From NCBI GenBank assembly GCA_004022145.1, contig RCNU01000008.1: a stretch of DNA of 64,000 bases, one strand, 5' to 3'. The DNA comes from Paecilomyces variotii (taxonomy: Eukaryota). The position numbers and the translations under genes were made by a program. This document shows, one piece after another, positions 1 through 11,928 of this stretch. A model generated the notes under the pieces. The model made no database searches, was not told the origin of the DNA, and saw only the letters and a program-made list of their open reading frames with translations. Every line of letters starts with the position of its first letter. Within the stretch, counting starts at the first letter, position 1.

Positions 1-781
1 CTCAGATGCTGGACGAGTGACTTGCTGAAAGCCTGTGATGGCGCCAATCTTCTTGACTCGCGGCTCCAATGTCGTGTAGGGAAGAGGCTGGTTAGGGGAT
101 ATGCCAATTTGTAAGTTCTCGACGTCCATGGGAGGCTTATCACGTCCTCTGAAAGACAGCTTGTGCTTCTTGGCTAATCTTCGGATCACCTACACAAGTT
201 AGCTATATAGCAAGCATTACGCAAAGATGAAGCGGATGTCAGGGTCGGCTGTGCGGTGAGGAAGGAGTCACTCATACTCGACGCATCTGACGATTCATCT
301 GTTTTCCGATCTTATTGGAAGTATCCCTTCTGTATACCAGACGAAATACCTTCCAGAAAGCGTCCAACGAGCTCTTGCACTTAACGCCTGGAAGCCGTCT
401 CCCATTCTTTCCATGTTGTAGATTGAGAACCCAGTCTAGGAAGGAAGGTGTACATGATCGAAACTAACAGATATACGAATTCCTTTTTGGGATCCTTTCG
501 AAGAAAAGCGCAGAATCTATGTGGCTCCGAAGTTGGGAAGCTAATTCACCGGGAAGGAGAGCGAAAGAGGCCTGGGCAGCGTACCTTATTGGGATCACTT
601 TTCCTCCACCCAGTCAAGGAGGGCGGTGGTGCCTTTGCTATAGTCTTCCTCATCCTCGGGCTCGGTTAGTTCAGTGTCGTCTTGACTTGTCTTGGGTGCT
701 TTCTCTATCGGAGTCGTCGCTGTAGTTGGACTCGCTGTAGTTGGACGACTGGTAGTCTGCCTTTCGAGAACGGCGAGCCAT
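1..781 (-). pseudogene. Degraded DUF3435 (Starship captain-type) tyrosine recombinase; frameshifted, premature stop, internally deleted, runs off the window edge
   Basis: Minus-strand pieces in order: MARRSRKADYQSS (ATG 781); DDTELTEPEDEEDYSKGTTALLDWVEEK* (TGA where W is expected); intron ~583-517; FCAFLRKDPKKE..LDWVLNLQHGKNGRRLPGVKCKSSLDAFWKVFRLVYRRDTSNKIGKQMNRQMRR; intron 277-190; VIRRLAKKHKLSFRGRDKPPMDVENL joined directly to ISPNQPLPYTTLEP/RVKKIGAITGFQQVTRP. Motifs recognised from memory of DUF3435 proteins. Confidence 0.75.
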
Positions 782-1224
782 GAGATGGAGGTAGATGGAG
801 GTTTCACAAAGTAAAACATTAAGCGTGTCCGGGGTTTGTTTTTGGGATAAAGATTTGGTATTTTAAAGAGGAGCCCAGCTTTGGATGATGGGTCTGGATG
901 TCAAAGAAGATCGTGCCATTTCGAATTAGAATCGCCGTATTGGGAGAAGAAACATCGGGCCACCTGGGTGAAAGGCCGCCATTTATTCTGATAATAATGA
1001 GAGGAAGCCATTTTCGACTCCCTTAGGGAACCGCAGCGTAGCAGACACAATGCAAGATTGTGAGTATGGGTAGGTCGCTGGGCTCGCTGCGGGCGAATTG
1101 AGGTTCCAACTTCCACTTCATGTCAGTAGTTGGTGGTGCGTGGATGGCGGAAGGGCTGGAAAATTGTCAGCCAAAAACCAGCGTCGACTGTGGCCGTTTT
1201 TTGGCTGTCCATTTGCCGTCATCT

Positions 1225-1800
1225 AGTTAAATATATATAGTATAGATTTCTAGATTTATATAGATTTATAGTATCATTAGACCGCATAATAATGCAGTCC
1301 TTGTAGTATGCATCTCAGAGACTAGTGACTTCTTCTTAAAAATAATCAATTCTACTCCTTACAAATAGATGGTTTAAGATTTTTTTTATTTAATTTTTAA
1401 TCTATTGCTTTCCCTGTCTGCTTAGTAGCGGTTGGTAAGATGCCTGCCGAGACCCGAGTCTAGATTCTAGAACAGCGCATAACTGCGGTCTGTATAGATA
1501 CAGTAGTAGTACAACTCCATACAAGTTGACACTAAAGTACTAACAACTATAAAAATTTTCCAGCCCAACGGTACGGACAGGGCTTACTCTAGCTACTATA
1601 GTAGAGTAACTAGTTAGTCAGTTAACATCCATGGATTACCTAGGTAGTATACTAGTTCCCTATTCGAGAATAATGGTTGACAGTGCTCCTCCTCATTGGG
1701 CTCCGAGGTCCGGACTCGGGGTTTACTCCAGGCAGAAGTTGCTGTTGTGGCTTTTACTACGGAGTACTTTACTCCAGTTAAGTAAAGTAAAAATTGCAAG
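1225..1800. other. AT/TpA-rich, possibly RIP-affected segment with TTACT/AGTAA hairpins upstream of the captain relic
   Basis: TpA-rich runs at 1225-1280. Inverted repeat TTACTCTA(1584-1591)/TAGAGTAA(1602-1609). TTTTACT(1752-1758)/AGTAAAA(1786-1792) encloses GGAGTA/TACTCC. Confidence 0.4.
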
Positions 1801-4299
1801 TGGATTCGGTTGATGATCATCTCCATCACTATCCACCGGGGCGGGAATGTCGAGACAACTGATTTGATCGATTATTCGTTGATGCGGACGCCGTGGAAGC
1901 TCTGGCAAGCTTCTCGAATGTGTTTTGCGGCGGGTTGTGTGTGGGCAGTGGAGACTGGATGAAGGGCTTTTTGCCTCTGGCTCTTTTTCTTTTTTTTTTT
2001 ATCTATTCAACGGCGGGAGCGTGTTGGGGCGGTTCTTGTTGGGTTGGGCCGGAAGGGGATGGGCGGCATCGTGAGCGTGCGAACCATGGGTCGAGGAGGC
2101 GCGATTATAAATGACGAGAGATGGATAACTAAGTATGGAATTGATTCGGGCCGTTCAATTCAACTGAGCGATAGATAGTCCCTTCTCCCTGAGCTGCTTC
2201 AAATTAATGAAGAGTTGGAATCGGGTTATCGGTGCCAAGTCATGGGAAAAAGCAACATCGCAACATATAGAGCATTAAACCCCTTGCCTGTGCAGTAGTT
2301 GAACGGCAGATGAAAAAGAACAAGAAAAACGGGGACAAACAGGATGGAGCCGGATGGGGAGTCCGGCCACTGATTGGGCAGTTTGGATCTCAGGGACAGG
2401 ACAAGAACAAGTGACCACCAGAGTCAGCAGACAAAGCGCCTTACAGGGAATAACTTGTCTCTCTGGATGGATCCAATACTGTTAGTACCACGAAGATGAG
2501 TTGACTAGTGTTCATTTATTATTATCATTATTATTATTGCTTTCCACCCGATCGGATTCTTGTCTGTTGCTTTAGGCCATTATTATTATTACTTAGGTCT
2601 TAGGGCAGCCCAAAGCACGCGCCAGTGTCCGTGCAGCCTGTGGAGTTTGGCGCGTTTCCCTGCGTGACGTGACGTATCACTTGGTTATCAGGTTGGAAAT
2701 GAACTCACATTCTTGGAGATGAAGACGGGATACCGTTGCATCTGTGTGCGATCTGCTCTAGCTAGACTGGATGTATCTACTCTATTCTACTGTACTCTAC
2801 TTGTATTATTATTATTTTATTATTATTAAGAAAAACGCGTTCTCTCTCTCATCTCGGTTCTGCCTGTCGGGACTGACTGATTTCTGTCGGGCGGGGCAGT
2901 CGGTCTTTTCCTTTTTCTGCCCACTCCGGACGCCTGGTTAGGTTGCTTTAGTCGACTAAACAGATCTCGTCTTGTCCTGAACCCGAACGGGATTGCTGTC
3001 CAAGATAAATATCTTCCTCAACACCCGAGCGGAACCTGTCCGTTTTGTTTGTCTTCCTCTGTGGCTGAGAACGGAACAGTGATGCGCGACAGACAGGGGA
3101 CCTGGCCAAGTCCGGAGATATCTGTACTACGACTACCTGACTAGTCACTGTAGACGAGATACCCGACCGCTGCAGACCACAATCCCAGTCCGATCCTGGC
3201 GGCAAGAGAGGACGAAAAAGCAAAACGGCAATATCTGCAGACCGGTCCTTGCAGATTACATGCAGTGGCTTGTCCGGTTCCCCAGAAGACGATTATCAAA
3301 TCGACTCTAACAACCGGCTTGCCACGCATCCATCGCGGCCCAGCTGCCTCTCCGTCTGCCGCCGGTTCTTTTCTTGCTTCAGCTGAGCCTGAACTAACTC
3401 GCCCAGCTAGCTGCGGGCATGGACGAGCGTCTTTTCCCGAAAACCCCATCGCCATCCATGGTTTGTTCTTGCGTCGTTTACGGATCGCAGAGCCGCTGGT
3501 CCAGCTGCCCACCCTCCCTCACGGCTGCTGATCCAGGCAGCAGATGACCTCCCGTCCTGCTCGTCGAGGCGAGTAGACTCCTGTGAAGTTGCTAGATGCT
3601 GTAGACCAAGTCAGATCGGCTTCAGGGCCAATGAGCGCTGCACAGATCCCGATCGCGCGACGGAATGAGCTTCCAGGCAGGGTTCGCGCGTTGCTTTCCG
3701 GGTCAGCTTTTTGCTGTGCTCTAACTTATGTCCTGTGCTTTGTCTTCTTGCTTCCAGCGTAATAATCCGTAGAACCTCGCGAGAAGCGGAGATCCGGGCT
3801 GTGCCAGATGAAGAGGGGAGGAGGCTTTTTTTAACAAAAAAGATCGATCGGCCACACCAGGGTTCGTTGATGCGCCTCCCCATCCGAGCGACTGGATCCG
3901 AGCTTGCTGCTGTTGCGCTTTGACTTAAGGCTGGTGTCAATACGGGAATCCTTCATCCCAAGCCATCCGGATCTCTGCGCCTCGGGTTGGTTGTCTTGAC
4001 TCTGGGGATGCTGGCCGGATCTGATCTGGTTATCTGTCTGTCAGTGTATATAATAATAATAATAATGTCTATATATATATATATGTAATGTCTTATATTA
4101 GTCCGCCAGGGTCTCGAATCCACGAGGCGATCCAAGAGCAGAGAAGAACATCTGAGACGGCCGCGTCCCGCCGTGCCTTGATCGCCTGGGCTGCTCCTAG
4201 TCCGGTCACAAAGCTTTTAGTCGGCAAACTCTCGTCCCACCTGCTGTTTTCCTTGGCCCCTCATCGTCACTTGCAGCCCGTCTGGTATTTCGTTTGTTC

Positions 4300-4470
4300 G
4301 TTCCGTGGGCTCTCTCTCTACTGCGCTGCCCGGTTCTTCTTTTCTTTCTCTCCTCTCTGAACTCTCTCTTCTTCCCTTTCCCTCCTCCTCCTCCCTTCTC
4401 GTGTCGAGATCTTCTCTTGTCATTGCGCTTCTTTCTCTCCCCCTCCTCTCTCCCCTTCTTCTGACGTTCC
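4300..4470 (+). promoter_or_regulatory. Pyrimidine-rich (CT-box) core promoter/TSS region of the Nam8/Csx1-like gene
   Basis: About 170 nt of nearly pure C/T. No ATG from 4091 to 4687. Confidence 0.55.
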
Positions 4471-4687
4471 CTTGTGTACGCGCCGGATCAGGTCGGAGTC
4501 GGTTTATCCTTCAGTGTGCCTTTGTGTCGCCGGAGTTATCTTGATTTTCAGGTCTCTGCTTGTGTGTTCCTCGGCACTTGGCGCTCCCAATCTGTCCAAC
4601 ATATTCTTTTGCAGCAAGTAGGAAAAGCAAGCCAGCAAGCACGAAAATAAATTCGATTTTCTTTGCGCGCAGTTTCGATCTTGCTCT

Positions 4688-5810
4688 GTGAGTATATATC
4701 TTTTCCTTTTGACTGGTTCATGTCTCTTGCCCCCGCCTGGCTTTTTCCCACATATGCCGGATTTTTGCCCTGGGTGACTTCCCCTCCATCCCACTCGTCA
4801 CTATCGGACGGTGCGCTCGCCGGTGCAAGGACGATCGTCCGGTCTCAGCAAAGACCATCCCCCATCAATAATAATCACCCCTCTCTGCCTACCCTCAAAT
4901 CCTTACTATGCCTCGCCGGAGTGTCTTGCACTCGCACCAACTGCCCTGGCACCCCCACCCCCGCTCCGCCACGTCCAATCCAGCGATGCGATGACGAGCT
5001 TCTCCGCGATCAATTCCCCGGAACGACGGACACGATGCCTCTTCACAATGGCTGCTCATCCTGACGATGCGTCGCCGGGCTGCCAAGCGATGAATTGCAA
5101 ATCCCAGTCATGTGGTCGCCAGGGCGCATTGTGGGCAACAGAAAAAGTTCTCGTCGACGCCACTGCATGCAGTTGAGGATCGGATGGCCATTGTTAGGGG
5201 AGATAATCGGAGAGCGAGTATGGGCAGGAAGCGCGTGTTGCTGCAATGGTGTGCCGGGGGTTACGTCGAAATTGTCGCTTGACGGAAATGGTGGTGGAAT
5301 CGACGGAAGCGGAAGGCTGGTGGTGAATGGGGGCGGTCGCATCAAGTCATCTTCACCCTGCTTTGGGGGCTTTTGCTCCAGATCCGAATATCCTCGTTTC
5401 ACTCTGCTTGTGAAAGCGTCCAATCCCCTCTGGTCAATCAATCGATCGATCGATCGCTCTGCAACTTCGCGGGTCTTGGCATCGTGGGGAGGAGGCTGGT
5501 CATCAGTCACATCGCCTATTCCTGCTTTCTCTCCCACCTCACCTCACCTCATTCCGTCTCTGGACCTTCTCTTCCCCCGTGACCTACCACCTTCTCCAGT
5601 GGCATCTTCCTCGCGGAACCCATCTTCCTTTTTCCCCCATCTGTCTGCCTGTATTCCTGTCACCTATTCATCGTCGCGCGATGATATCTTTCGTTCCGTC
5701 ATTCCATACACTCCGCTTGATTTTTTATTGATCGCGTCTCGAGCGAAAAAAAAAGATCACTGGAATCTCATTGAAGACCATTCACTAACGGCGTTCATCG
5801 GAGTCTTCAG
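4688..5810 (+). other. Predicted 1123-nt structured 5'-UTR intron
   Basis: GTGAGT donor at 4688, CTAAC branch point at 5785-5789, CAG acceptor at 5808-5810. Removing it removes every upstream ATG between 4091 and the start codon at 6016. Extensive nested complementarity (see findings). Confidence 0.6.
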
Positions 5811-6015
5811 AAAGTCAAATACCCATTCGTGTCCTTTTAGGCATCTTACGAAGTGTTCACTACGACCGTCTTTCCTTAACGACTCCTACGAAGTCAAAAG
5901 TCGCTACGGCCGTTCCTCTGGGATACAAAAGTTTCGTTTGATCTTCTGGTCCTATTTCCAGCGAAGCGACGCATCTATCGAGTAATCTGTGCTTTCGAAC
6001 ACTTCCATATCCAAT

Positions 6016-7433
6016 ATGTCGTTCCAAAATTTCGATTCTTTCCAGAACCAGCACCCGCCCGCGGACACTGCTTCCGCTCCTGGCGCCCCGGCCTCTGCGG
6101 ATGCCACCATGACCGGTCAGGCCGACCCGTCCCCGGCTCCTTTCCAGGGTCCCACGCCCGGTGAGCCCTCTACTGGATCCCAGCAGGGCGTTGAGGGAAA
6201 GACTACTCTCTGGTATGTTCTTGCATGTGTCGCCGTTGTCCAAACTGTCAGGTGCTAGGGATGATGCTGATATCTGATTTAGGATGGGTGAACTCGAGCC
6301 CTGGATTGACGAGAACTTCATCCGTAACCTGTGGTTCCAGATGGGCGAGCAGGTCAACGTGAAGATGATCCGTGACAAGTTCTCTGGGTAGGTATCCTAT
6401 AAAATCGTCATCCTGGAGCATCAGTCTAATTTTGGTAGCAGAAGCAATGCCGGCTACTGTTTCGTCGACTTCTCTTCCCCCGCCGCCGCCGCCAAGGCCC
6501 TGTCTCTCAACGGCACCCCGATCCCCAACACCACCCGTCCCTTCAAGCTGAACTGGGCTACTGGCGGCGGTCTGGCTGACCGAAGGTAGGCGACGGATCA
6601 TCCACCTGCTTGTGTGTCGGATGCTAACGATTCCGCTCTAGCCGTGACGACCGTGGTCCCGAGTACTCCATCTTCGTTGGTGACCTTGGCCCTGAGGTGA
6701 ACGAATACGTTCTGGTCTCCCTCTTCCAGAGCCGCTTCCCGTCCTGCAAGTCCGCCAAGATCATGACCGACCCCATCAGCGGCATGTCTCGCGGCTACGG
6801 TTTCGTTCGTTTCTCCGACGAGAATGACCAGCAGCGTGCTTTGACCGAAATGCAGGGTGTCTACTGCGGCAACCGTCCCATGCGCATCTCGACTGCCACT
6901 CCCAAGAACAAGGGTCCCGGTGCTGGCCCTGGTGCCATGGGCATGCCCGGTGCTCCCGCTGGCCTGTACCCCCCGGCTATGGGCGGTCCCCCCATGGGCT
7001 TCTACGGTGCTCCCCAGCCCATGAACCAGTTCACTGACCCCAACAACACCACCGTCTTCGTCGGTGGTCTGTCCGGCTATGTCACTGAGGACGAGCTCCG
7101 CTCCTTCTTCCAGGGCTTTGGCGAGATTACCTATGTCAAGATTCCCCCTGGCAAGGGCTGTGGTTTCGTCCAGTTCGTCCAGCGCCACGCCGCTGAGATG
7201 GCCATCAACCAGATGCAGGGTTACCCCATCGGCAACTCCCGTGTCCGCCTCAGCTGGGGTCGCTCCCAGAACAACTCCGGCCCAGCTGGTACCCCTTACC
7301 GCCCGGCACCTCCTCCACCAATCTACCCTTCCATGGGCATCCCCCCAGCTGCTCACCAGTATGGTGGCTTTGCGCCAATGAAGGTTCGTTACTATTAAAC
7401 CTTCAGTTGACATGACTAACACCGATATAGTGA
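6016..7433 (+). CDS. nam8: Triple-RRM RNA-binding protein, Nam8/Ngr1/Csx1 family
   Basis: Motifs TTLWMGELEPWIDENF, NAGYCFVDF, EYSIFVGDL..SRGYGFVRF, NNTTVFVGGL..GKGCGFVQF. Introns 6213-6282, 6388-6441, 6586-6640, 7384-7430. The last exon contributes only the TGA. Confidence 0.92.
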
Positions 7434-9192
7434 GAGTGTTCCATTTTCTCGAAAGCACCAGCAGGAGTTTGTTGCGTCATTACAATGATGGGTCTTTGTG
7501 TCAAAATGAGTTTGCAGTTCTTCTCTTCTCTTAAGGCTCTCCTCTATAGCTCTTGATGAGCAATTGTCTCCTGTGCTAGGCATTTTCTTTCCATCTGAGC
7601 GCTTTCATTACAGCAAGATGTGGACCCTTATTTCACCTTTCATCCTGAAACAGCCTGAGCCCCCTTGTTATTTTTTCTTAACTTTCTATCTCGAGGATCT
7701 CTTGTTTCTTAGCCCCCTTTGTCGAATCCCCTCGTCGTTTTTCTCCCCCTCGTGTTTCCTTCCTGCGTGTAACGGCCACTGAACCTCGTCGATGTGATTT
7801 CTTCTCTTACACGTTGGGTTGGCATTCTGCGAAAAGTTTATCGTCTCCTTCTCCAACGAAAGGGCCGGATGGAACAGTGTCATTGAGGATGTTGCATCAT
7901 GCTTTTTGCTAGACTGATGGCCTGTACAACAACCATTTGTTCCCCTGCTATTGTCCTTTCTCTTCTTCCACCTATTTCTCTTAGCACGGAGGGCAAACAC
8001 CTTCCACTCATTTGATTTTTAAGTACGTTAAATTGCTCCTACGTTCAAGTTTTGAGAACCCTTTCGGCAAATGGTTCGTTTGTTGTTGCGCTTGAATGGG
8101 TGCCACGGGCGAAACTTAGGGTGGTCCGCTCGTGAAGCTTCGTTCTTGTAGCTCTACTAGGGGACGATAGAATGCCTGCTTTCTAGATACCCTTTTCGCA
8201 GTTTCGGTTCGAGGCGCACCATGCACACGCTACGGCCATCTCTCGAGTTGAACCGGTTGTTGTGAACTTATGACGGAACTTGATATGCCTCGTATTTCTA
8301 TCTCTGTTTCTCGTAATTTCTCTTTCCGGTCCTTCTTGTCTTCGATAAACTGCTGCAAGGCACTTTTCTCCCTCCTGCGAATGATTCCCCCTCCCCCTCT
8401 TCGCTTCGCATTGGTTCCCGCCCCCTCCTCTCTCTATCGCTATCTCTTTTCCCTTCTTCCTCCCCCAAATTATCATGCTTGCGATGTCGGAGTCACGGAA
8501 TCATCCTCTACGATAGGACCACGGGTTTGGGGGTTGGCGCATCTTCTGGCACGGGTATCTTATGGTCGGATGCGTGAGGTTTTTTAAAAAAGCCATCGGC
8601 TCTCCGGATGGCATTATGGTTGGTCTCTTCCTTTCTAGAGAATTTCCAAGCTGCTCCGTCGGCGGGTTCTGGGATAGTATTTATGTACGACAAACGGATT
8701 TCAACTTGAATTTACCTGTGATCATACTTTTGCTCTTTGGAGAGTTGTCCCGTAGACTAGATTCTTGTAGGTGTATGCTGTGGGTTAGGAGCATTCTCAG
8801 GTTTTGACTACTATTGCGAGTTAATCGAGTGCCATGCGATCGCCTATCTACCTACTGACTACCTAAGGTTCGATATCTATCACACCCGCCGTTATTATTA
8901 TTTGGCGTTGGCGTCGCAGTCGCTATCGGGGGTGCCTTCTCGGGTACCAATCACAGCGGTTCTATCCTGCCTCTTATTATACGCATACTCATGCGGAAGG
9001 CACGACTCTGACCACAGCTAGGATGGCAGTCAATAGCATCATTGTCTGTTGCTGCAGGGCAACTCCTATCGTCGCCATTCCAAACTCATCCTGTCTTATT
9101 TTCATGCCATGTCCAGCAAATCATCTCTGTAACCGGTTTCCCATGAGCACGGTACTCAACTCCGAATTGGAAACAGTGCTCCTTGGCTCGAC

Positions 9193-11208
9193 ATGAGGTA
9201 CGAGAACTGGGATGTTCTCCTCTTCCCAGAGGGCTCCAGAGTGCCCATCCAGGAATTCAAGACTCAATGCTTCGTCACGAAAGATCGAGGTCTGCTCCCG
9301 AGTGCCGCATTCGCCTCTGAAACTAGGAACTAATGCTGTGGATCACTAGAATCCCCTTATCTCCATTTCCAGGACCATTCTATTTTGAGCCCTGGGCCGT
9401 TTTACTCGGGCCATGGGAATTCTGGAAATGCCGCTCAGATACCTGTTCTCACTACCTTCATACCCAGTCTGCCTCAGAATAGTCCGTTTAGGGTCTCTGT
9501 TCACAGCTGGGATAGACCTCGTCCAAGTAGACGGCTGGAGGGTTTTATGCAACCTGAGGACGTCGTCTTGTATGAGGTTCGGGTCTTTATAGATGGTCTC
9601 TGTGTCTCGTATGGCTGGCCTACCCAGGGTTGTGGTCATAGATGGATGGGTGAGGCTGACTGACATACTATCTCACAGGGGTAGTATCTTCGGGCAAATG
9701 ACCGTGTGGCCTCATGTCATTAGTAGGTGTTTCTGAAGATTTCTTCTCCATTAATGTGCTGACTGCTGTCTAGATCAGAGTTCCCGTAAGGATACTAATA
9801 ATAGCCCAGTGTCTCTGGCTGCAACGACTGACGCCGTGTTTAGAGGTCGACAAGAACGGAAATCAAGATCACCTCCGGTTCCCGCCGTTTCACTCGGAGA
9901 TACTATACCAGAGCCATTGGGATGCCGGTGAATCTCATGGCCGCATCAGGGTAGTCATATCGGAGGGGCTTTCTCGACCGCATCGTTCGCCGCCATTCGA
10001 GCGAGTAAAGGATATTATCATATTTGCCTTTCAGCATGCACCTCTGCGTATGTTGTTAGACACAGTGTTACGAGAACATTTATCAGCTGACATCTATTCC
10101 AGAGGCCCTAGAGCACTCGAACATAGCTTGGCCGAATCCAGGGATGTGGTTGCAGACTTCCCGAAATATGTTCAAATATCATTCTGAGAGCATCTTCAGC
10201 GATAACAAAGATACAGAAGATGCGCACGCCCATTCTCCAGCTCGACATGAGACGACAACGAGCGGAACAGGAAGTAGCATCAATAGTAGCATGGCTATGT
10301 ACTCTACGTGGCCATACAGAATCTTTCCGCCGCCAACTGCACAATGGCAAGGCGGTTTGAGGGACCCTAGATGGGCTTCAAATGATCTCCCCATGCCAGA
10401 TCCTTTTATGGATCCCTACATGACCCATAGATCAAGTAGACGAGGAGCCAGATCTACTTTGGAAGATGTCCCAATGCCCGACTATGTCGGTTCAAGCTCG
10501 ACAAGCAGCCGGGCCATTTCCAACATGACCGGTATCAGTTTCGAACACAGCAAGAACCCCAGTATATCGGCTTCAGCGGATGACGAAACATATGGCCCAC
10601 TGATCGACGCCTTTGGAGCGCCAAAGCCGCGGTCTAGTGGCACGTTTGCTCCGACTAACACTCCTGCATCTATACCTCCTATGGCATCCAAACCGTCCGC
10701 TGCAGCAGAAGCCAGGTCGGCATCTTATAGTACGAAAAACGGAAGTCGAACCTCTATTTTGAAGGAAGTCTCACAACCGGGGACCAGAGATGCTTCTGGT
10801 TCCAGCGTGAAGTCTGGGCCGCCTCCAGACAGCCCGGGTGAGACTTCAATGGAAAAAAGGCTCCAGGTCAGTCCAAGTCCAAAGGTGAAAGGCAAGAAGG
10901 AACGCAAGAGCTTTCAGGACAACAAGGAAAATGAATCTAGCGAACCTTCCAGTCGGGATGTGAGCAGGGGAAGCAGCGTTCAACCAAAAGTCATCTTGCG
11001 GAGCGGTGGCGCGTCATCTGTCTCGAGTGATTCTAAGAGAAAGAGATCTAGTGGACTGGTAAGAGACACTCGAGCTAGCAAGGATGATGCGGATACTCCA
11101 TCGCCAACGAAAAAGGTGATTCGTGTGGGAGAGCACGACAATGATGATCAGATTGTGTTTGATGATCTGCTTGATCTGAGAGCACATGTGGTCTCAGAGA
11201 TCGAATAG
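9193..11208 (+). CDS. Conserved fungal hypothetical protein (MRYENWDVLLFP N-terminal domain, low-complexity Ser-rich C-terminus)
   Basis: Spliced model MRYENWDVLLFPEGSRVPIQEFKTQCFV..PVLTTFIPSL..LRFPPFH..GRIRVVISEG..FAFQHAP. Includes a 12-nt micro-exon at 9774-9785. Last exon corresponds to ORF 10144-11208. Confidence 0.85.
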
Positions 11209-11928
11209 GTCTGTCAGGAGATAGCATTTTGCCAGCCATTCTCCAGTCACTCGTTGAAATGTCCAAACCGCGCTTTTGTTGTCTCTGATTGAAAGAATGA
11301 ATATTGTTACTTGCCAAGATCAGCTATCCTGGTGGCAGTATCAAATATTGTATTTCTAGTGTTGTGGTCGTATAGAAACATAAACAAGACTGCAATATTC
11401 CCCACCAAGGATGAATCGAGTCTCGTAGCATGATCTACGGCGCTATGCAACGCCCAAGCTTACTCTGGCTGATAATACAATGTATGTCCTGTGGGATACA
11501 GTCGTGTGGATGAGCTGTGGACAACTTGTATTTTCTATGTTGAAGTTGCAGCTTTCATTGTATAAGACTTATGGAATATCCAACTGCCCTCAGGACCTAG
11601 CTGATGAATCGATTTCCTAAGGATAAATGTCACTCTGAGCGGGACTTTCCGCCCTGTTACTTATGTGGAAGCAGCTACTGTCCGGCAGAAGCCTTCCTGT
11701 AGGCGGCGTGTGAAGGCACAAGCCAGCACTGAGGGATTCACCCCTAGACCCTTGCGTGTCCAGTTAATATGCTCTTCCTGGCTACTTTTTATCACCGCCT
11801 CGACTCTTTTCCTCCACTGCTGTTGACAGAATCTTTGACACGCAGTGACGCCCCTTTCCCCCATCTCTATCCATTACTCTTAACGCAGACGAGGACCAGG
11901 TCTCCTACCTGGATGTCTCTAGTTCAAA

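Noticed and set aside
4983-5075. Box C/D snoRNA-like arrangement (ATGACGA 4991 .. CTGA 5061 with a flanking stem)
   Set aside because: Box C is imperfect, the kink-turn register does not fit, and I could not match a guide to rRNA. It is better explained as the apical part of the larger hairpin.
4300-5900. Telomerase RNA or TPP riboswitch as the explanation for the structured region
   Set aside because: No TTAGGG-complementary template and no TPP aptamer consensus were seen.
5095-5985. 296-aa ORF upstream of the RRM gene
   Set aside because: No recognisable motifs and low-complexity composition. It lies mostly within the predicted structured intron. It could act as a uORF if the intron is retained.
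6598-7458. Long antisense ORFs (also 33845-34765 and 59714-60649)
   Set aside because: These are shadows of strongly codon-biased genes on the opposite strand.
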